Assembly: GCF_016127575.1 (NCBI RefSeq)
Contig: NZ_CP066019.1
Coordinates: forward strand, 1,860,001-1,892,000
DNA from: Cupriavidus necator
GTDB taxonomy: Bacteria; Pseudomonadota; Gammaproteobacteria; Burkholderiales; Burkholderiaceae
Length of the DNA: 32,000 nt
Reading direction: 5' to 3'
Position numbers and translations under genes: made by a program. Positions 26,839-32,000 of the stretch are shown here, in pieces (the stretch's first letter is position 1; the number at the start of each line of letters is the position of its first letter). Under the pieces are notes generated by a model, which saw only the letters and a list, made by a program, of their open reading frames with translations, did no database searches and was not told the DNA's origin.

Positions 26839-27024
26839 TTAGCCGTTGGCGTAGACCACGTGGGCCTTGCGGGCCTGGGTCTGCAGGCGCTCGATCGCGC
26901 TCTGGACGAAGGCGATGGCGCGCTTCACGTCGTGGGCGAAGCCCAGGCTTTGCGTACCGAGTTCACGGTCGATCAGTTCGCGTTCGAGTTGGTCAGTCAG
27001 CTTGATATCGGATTGGGTGTTCAT
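26839..27024 (-). CDS. Small (61 aa) hypothetical protein
   Basis: MNTQSDIKLTDQLERELIDRELGTQSLGFAHDVKRAIAFVQSAIERLQTQARKAHVVYANG, with SD GGAAGGA 4 nt before ATG 27024. No family recognised. Confidence 0.45.
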   Translation of the reverse strand: MNTQSDIKLTDQLERELIDRELGTQSLGFAHDVKRAIAFVQSAIERLQTQARKAHVVYANG

Positions 27025-27196
27025 GGCGTCCTTCCTTTCGGGATTACCCTTATGGGGTTTTCCCTGATTGTAGCAGAGGAATTGTGGCAATGCAGCATTA
27101 GGTGAAAGTACGTATGTGGGAGAGCAACCATGAGTGGGAAATTAGCCAATTCATGGCTTAAGTGCCACGTTATGCTTGCAGGGAAGAACAGCCACA

Positions 27197-27638
27197 TTAC
27201 GCTTGCCGACCTTCCGGCATCATACAAAGTATGCTTTGAAGCACCCGAGTCATCCCCAAGCGCTCCCAGCCTTCGATCTTCGCTGCACGCATAATCGCGG
27301 CGTAAGTAAATTCTTCCCCGCTTCCGAGCACGGTCTCAATCGCGCTGAGGAGCCGGTTTGTTTTTGCTTCGAGAGCTTGGTCAAGCGACACAGCTATATA
27401 CTTGTGCGGTGACGATTTGTGGCCACAGTGGCGGATAATGCGTTGCCAGGAAGCGTCGGTTCACGCCCAGCTGCCGACAAACCGTAGCACCCGAGTCGGC
27501 GCATATGTTGATAGAGCGATATTTTTCTGCAAGGCGTTCAATTTTTGCCTCCAGCATGTCGTCGCGCTTCCAAGAGGGCTCTACGCGATCGAGCAAGGGC
27601 AAGAGACTGCATCCTAGTGCTTGACGGCAACGGCTCAC
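27197..27638 (-). pseudogene. Two out-of-frame ORF fragments of an unidentified (possibly transposition-accessory) gene
   Basis: Frames 27381..27638 and 27197..27391 join into one reading if a shift is allowed. Local GC is lower and the fragment abuts the IS21 remnant. The function call is weak. Confidence 0.3.
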
Positions 27639-28016
27639 CTCGAAAGACGCTCAGAAGGCTCACTTCGCAGTAGGCCGCCATGGCCAGTAGTCCGTACTGA
27701 TCGACGAGATCTTGGTGTGGTAGATCGCCGTGGCGTTCCGATGCAGTTGCACCTGGGCTCGCACAAACTCCTGGTATGGCGCGCACGCCGACAATTGATG
27801 TGCGCCAGTTGCCGGTGGTCGGGGTGGGGGAATTTGCGGCTCAGAGCCGGTGGTCACCGTGGGGGACTTTGCCTGCTGCGCGGCGGCAAATTGCGCTTGA
27901 TACCCCCGAATCGTCTTGCGGTCGACGCCAGTGATCCGGGCGATCTCCCGCTGACCCTTGCCAGCGGCGATTAGCGTAGCGATGGTGGTCTGTAGATGCG
28001 GCTTCAAGACGTTCAC
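27538..28016 (-). pseudogene. istA: IS21-family istA N-terminal fragment, frameshifted and truncated
   Basis: MNVLKPHLQTTIATLIAAGKGQREIARITGVDRKTIRGYQ...SACAPYQEFVRAQVQLHRNATAIY continues in another frame as QDLVDQYG. This is the IstA HTH-region pattern. Only about 150 codons remain. Confidence 0.6.
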
Positions 28017-28076
28017 TCCGGTAACCCCTCTGCTTTATTCGAGGGGAACAAGGTAACGTCCTGCCTGGCGCTCACA

Positions 28077-28500
28077 TCACTTGAAGCGCCCCTTCAGGTG
28101 GGGAGTTTGAGGTGACCACAGGTGGGGGAATCTGGCCGACCATCGGGGCAGAGCCGTCGGCCCGTGGACTGCGGACGATCCCAAACAGTGGTGCAGCGTG
28201 GCCGCCGGCACGGCGTGTTTGACCGCTGCGAGCATTTGCGCCTGGTAGGCGGAAAAGGCATGCTGCGCCATGTCGGTAAGCTGGCGCTGGCCGGGAATGA
28301 GGCAGCAGCGATCGTAGAGCCATCGCTGAGCGGTGGTGTCCAGCAAAGCGGTCTGGCTGGCGACATCGAACGGCTTGATGCCAAGGGGCTCCTTGACCCA
28401 TTGTTGATGCTCGTACAACGTCGGACTTCGTTGGGCGGGCAGACAACTCTTCCCTGCCAACGTCGGGATACGCAAATGCCGACATCTACACTTTCGGAGT
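28077..28500 (-). pseudogene. tnpA: Tn3-family transposase N-terminal (DUF4158-like) fragment
   Basis: ...RSPTLYEHQQWVKEPLGIKPFDVASQTALLDTTAQRWLYDRCCLIPGQRQLTDMAQHAFSAYQAQM fits the T..eH...I...LGyr.F ... r.ilLPG...L pattern. Truncated at both ends. Confidence 0.4.
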
Positions 28501-28754
28501 GTCGTTAGGGGCAAAACTGTACGATAAATGCTCGGATGGCCGCAAAGGTCAAGCTAATGGCTTGAAACGCGACCGCAACAAGGGACTCGGTTACAACCGT
28601 ATCAATCTGCAGAGAAAGGACGATCCCCTTCGCTTTCGGATCATGGGTCGGCAAGTCGCATCTACTGGAACCGCAGTTTTGCAATCTTGGGAATAAGCCG
28701 CGTCGCCGTTCGTTTACCTTGTAACCGTGAACCCTGCCTTGGCTGTTCCGCCCC

Positions 28755-29273
28755 ATGGACAAAGACTTTACAGATGATGCGCTGCGCGAAATGATCCCGA
28801 GAATGCGCCGCTTTGCGATATCGCTAACGCGCAACGACGCCACTGCCGACGATCTGGTTCAGGCGTGCTTGGAGCGCGCGCTGGTGCGTCGGACTTCTCG
28901 ACAGGATGCCGGCGACTTACGCGCCTGGCTGTTTTCAATCCTCTACCGTCTCTTTCTTGACGGCCAGCGTCGCGCCAAGCGGTATGCACTGGTGTTGTCG
29001 CTGTTTGGCGTTGGCAGTGACGAAGACAGCGCACCATCGGCCGAAGACATGGTTGTGGCAAGATCGGCCCTCGAGAGTTTCAACAAATTGTCTGCCGAGC
29101 AACGCGCGCTGTTGATCCTGGTGACGGTGGAAGGCCTGAGTTACCGGGAGGCCGCCGATGCGCTGGACGTGCCGATCGGCACCATCATGTCGCGCATATC
29201 GCGGGCCCGGAAGACGCTGCGCGAATTTTCCGAAGGCAGGGTCGTCCCTCCCTCCATGCAGGTCCTCAAATGA
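28755..29273 (+). CDS. ECF (group IV) sigma-70 factor
   Basis: 172 aa with region 2 (DDLVQACLERAL, WLFSILYRLFLD) and region 4 (LSYREAADALDVPIGTIMSRISRARKTL). Confidence 0.88.
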   Translation: MDKDFTDDALREMIPRMRRFAISLTRNDATADDLVQACLERALVRRTSRQDAGDLRAWLFSILYRLFLDGQRRAKRYALVLSLFGVGSDEDSAPSAEDMVVARSALESFNKLSAEQRALLILVTVEGLSYREAADALDVPIGTIMSRISRARKTLREFSEGRVVPPSMQVLK

Positions 29274-30028
29274 AGATGCTCATTCCCACCGAACCCGAAC
29301 TCCATGCCTATGTCGATGGCGAGCTGGATGAAACGCGGAGACGGCAGATCGAGAGCCTGATAGCCAGCCAGCCCGAATTGGCGCGGCAAGCTGAGCAGAT
29401 CCGGCAGGAGTCACAGCGATTGCGCGCAAGCATGGAGCCTCCGCCGGCCGATACGCCAGTACGGCTCGATCCATTCCGTATTCGTCGCGAGTTGCGCGAT
29501 CGCATGCGGCACCGGGTGGCCGTAGCGGCGTCCCTGGTGCTGGCCTTGACCGTGGGTGGTATGGGTGGCTGGCAAACGCGTGAGATCGCCTTCCAGCAGA
29601 ACTATCTGCCAATGGCCGACGCGATGTCGGCCTACCGGCTGTTCGCTGTCAGCGACACACCGCAGATGGTGGACGTGAAGACCAGTGATCCACGTCAGTT
29701 GCAGACCTGGCTGGACCAGCATTTCGTGCAGCCGGCACCGTTGCCCGATTTCTCATCATACGGATTTCGGCCGGTCAGTGGTCGCCTGATGTCATCGGAA
29801 CAGGGCACGGCGGCAATGATCCTCTACCAGAACCAGAAGATGGAGTCGATCGTCTACTACGTACGGCCGCCCGGCAATCTGCTGCATTTCAGCAACGGCG
29901 CGCGCAAGGAGGGGAACCTGCTCGCCCAGTACTGGCGTAACGGCCGCTATTTCTATGCGGTGGTTAGCGCCACCGATACACCGACGACATTGCCGGTACA
30001 GCGCGCCCTCGAGCCGGGCAGGATCTGA
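29270..30028 (+). CDS. Membrane-spanning anti-sigma factor
   Basis: ATGA overlap with the sigma gene. Has an N-terminal anti-sigma motif (LHAYVDGELD), one TM helix (VAVAASLVLALTVGGMGGW) and a periplasmic C-terminal domain. Confidence 0.8.
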   Translation: MKMLIPTEPELHAYVDGELDETRRRQIESLIASQPELARQAEQIRQESQRLRASMEPPPADTPVRLDPFRIRRELRDRMRHRVAVAASLVLALTVGGMGGWQTREIAFQQNYLPMADAMSAYRLFAVSDTPQMVDVKTSDPRQLQTWLDQHFVQPAPLPDFSSYGFRPVSGRLMSSEQGTAAMILYQNQKMESIVYYVRPPGNLLHFSNGARKEGNLLAQYWRNGRYFYAVVSATDTPTTLPVQRALEPGRI

Positions 30029-30131
30029 AAAATGTTGATGGCGACGGAATAACGACCCTGGCATGTTCGTCTGACTGGAACACAACGCATGACTGCTCCA
30101 TGCATGTGATCTCAAACTGAAAGGATCGAAC

Positions 30132-30998
30132 ATGAAACTGAACCACTCGCTGCTGGCCGCCATGGCCTCCTTCGCCGCACTGACGTTTGCACAGGCCGCC
30201 ATGGCGCAGGAAAGCGCTGTCACCCGAGCTGGCCCGATCAAGAACATCGTATTGGTTCACGGTCTCTATGCCGATGGCTCTAGCTGGGAGAAAGTCATTC
30301 CGCTGTTGCAGGCGCAGGGGTTGCACGTGACATCCGTGCAGAACCCGACAACATCGCTAGATGCCGATGTCGATGCGGTCAAGCGCGCCTTGGCGCAGGA
30401 GGACGGCCCGACGCTGCTAGTGGCCCACTCCTACGGCGGAATGGTGATCTCGCAGGCCGGTGACGATCCAAAGGTGGCGGGCCTTGTCTATATCGCCGCA
30501 CGCGCGCCGGACGCGGGCGAGGATTATCCGGCGCTGACGCGCAAGTTTCCGGCGGCGCCGGCCTCCGCTGGACTGCTATGGTCGGCCGATGGCTTTGGCA
30601 AGCTGTCCATGCAAGCCTTCTTGAACGATTTCGCCGGTGACCTTCCACGGAAGGAGGCCGCGACCTACTACGCGGTGCAACAGCCGATGGGCAAGGCGAT
30701 CACGATGGCCAAGACTACGGTTGCGGCATGGCGTAGCAAGCCCACGTGGTATGCCGTTTCGACCGAAGACCGCACTATCAATCCCGATCTTCAGCGATTC
30801 ATGGCTAAGCGCATGGGTGCCGAAACGATTGAAATCCCTTCCAGCCATGTCTCGCTGATCTCCCGCCCCAAGCAAGTCGCAAATCTGATTCTTCAGGCGG
30901 CCGGCAACCAGCAGGGTACCCGTGCGGCGCAAGCGCGGACTTTCTCGAACCATTATGCCGTGACTACCGCTCGCGACCCGTACACCGATGGTGTGTGA
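30132..30998 (+). CDS. Secreted alpha/beta-fold hydrolase
   Basis: Signal peptide MKLNHSLLAAMASFAALTFAQAAMA, then NIVLVHG, the nucleophile elbow AHSYGG and a late His (SSHVS). Confidence 0.8.
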   Translation: MKLNHSLLAAMASFAALTFAQAAMAQESAVTRAGPIKNIVLVHGLYADGSSWEKVIPLLQAQGLHVTSVQNPTTSLDADVDAVKRALAQEDGPTLLVAHSYGGMVISQAGDDPKVAGLVYIAARAPDAGEDYPALTRKFPAAPASAGLLWSADGFGKLSMQAFLNDFAGDLPRKEAATYYAVQQPMGKAITMAKTTVAAWRSKPTWYAVSTEDRTINPDLQRFMAKRMGAETIEIPSSHVSLISRPKQVANLILQAAGNQQGTRAAQARTFSNHYAVTTARDPYTDGV

Positions 30999-31132
30999 CA
31001 CCGGGGAACCGCGCACGCTTCAGCCACCGGCTTTGGGCGACCGCATTGGCGGCGCCTCGATGCTCTCGCAGGAACTGGCACCGCTCCCTTACCGCTCGGT
31101 GTTCGGCTGGTCCGGCATAGCGCCACTGCGTA

Positions 31133-31313
31133 TTTCGGGGCGCGTGATCAGCGATTTCGGGGGAACGTGATCACCTGTTTCGGCGGGAAGCTGATCGCTG
31201 GTTTCGGCGGAACGTGATCACTTCGGCGACGCTGCCGAAATCGGTGATCATGATCCCGAAACGAGTGATCACGTTGCCGAAACGGACGATCAAGCAGCCG
31301 AAACGGGTGATCA
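31133..31313. repeat. Imperfect palindromic array of eight CCGAAA-N4-TGATCA units (4 inverted + 4 direct) upstream of istA
   Basis: GTGATCA-like heptamers start at 31144, 31167, 31191, 31214 | 31244, 31265, 31286, 31307. TTTCGG at 31133, 31155, 31178, 31202 mirrors CCGAAA at 31235, 31256, 31277, 31298. Confidence 0.8.
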
Positions 31314-31410
31314 AGCACCGTAATGAGGCCGGGCAAGGGCTGGGGGTGGGACTGCGCATGGACTAGAACGCCGGCGATACGCTGCTTCCCTTTTGCAAGG
31401 AAGCAAGCTG

Positions 31411-31520
31411 ATGCCGGCCAACCGGATGACCATGCGCAAGATCAAGGAAGTGCTTCGCCTGAAGTGGGCGTGTGGCCTTTCGCACCGGCAGATCGCTAGG
31501 GCGACGGGTGTGAGTGTTGG
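31411..31520 (+). pseudogene. istA: IS21-family istA, 5' end only, interrupted by an IS3-family insertion
   Basis: MPANRMTMRKIKEVLRLKWACGLSHRQIARATGVSVG is an IstA-type HTH N-terminus. The reading frame is broken exactly where TGAACCGCCCC begins (31521). Confidence 0.65.

Positions 31521-32000
<480 letters not shown>

Noticed and set aside
28507-28560. GGGGCAAAACTGTACGATAAATGCTCGG...AAGCTAATG as a Tn3-family terminal inverted repeat, with a partial inverse (CAGTTTTGC) at about 28676
   Set aside because: It starts with GGGG and contains a GCTAA-like string. However, its orientation is inconsistent with the adjacent tnpA fragment. The internal inverse match is only 9 bp, and I found no second full copy in the window.
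28715-28754. ECF-type promoter (GTAACC/GAACC ... spacer ... CGT-like) just upstream of the sigma gene
   Set aside because: The AAC-containing strings lie only about 25-35 nt from the ATG. No convincing -10 element sits at the right spacing.
31133-31313. Could the regularly spaced repeats be a CRISPR array?
   Set aside because: The units are only about 16 bp with 5-8 bp spacers, half of them are inverted, and no cas genes are present. The pattern fits transposase or protein binding-site arrays, not CRISPR.

Overview
High-GC betaproteobacterial chromosome segment; Cupriavidus/Ralstonia-like is my guess from gene content and codon style, with no search run. Positions 1-22.3 kb form an oxalate-utilisation supercluster, almost all on the minus strand. 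It holds a partial NuoE/FdsG-like formate dehydrogenase subunit and two OxlT-like MFS antiporters. It also holds oxc-frc, a second operon (frc paralogue, FAH-family enzyme, pntA, pntB), a FadR-type GntR regulator and a PanE-family reductase. Interspersed are two LysR regulators (one CbbR-like), a decayed CbbY-like mini-ORF, a higB(frameshifted)-higA pair, a TetR regulator, an acyl-CoA synthetase and a stand-alone FixL-like PAS protein. Positions 22.4-26.7 kb are housekeeping-like: TerC, Tat-signal OpgD, a second GntR and an EamA exporter. Positions 26.7-32 kb are a lower-GC accessory patch. It contains IS21-family and Tn3-family remnants, an ECF sigma/anti-sigma/secreted hydrolase cassette, a palindromic array of 16-bp repeats, and an istA gene cut by an IS3-family element. 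The main hunt result is a 16-nt box, GGTATGTGATATATCA, present eight times and only in intergenic DNA. It sits in fixed orientation upstream of oxlT, a small membrane ORF, oxc-frc, the frc2-FAH-pntAB operon and the GntR gene itself, which suggests a GntR-controlled oxalate/NADPH regulon. A second layer is an 80-bp block shared by the CbbR-like regulator's promoter and the second oxlT promoter. All family calls rest on remembered motifs and hand translation; no database search was possible.
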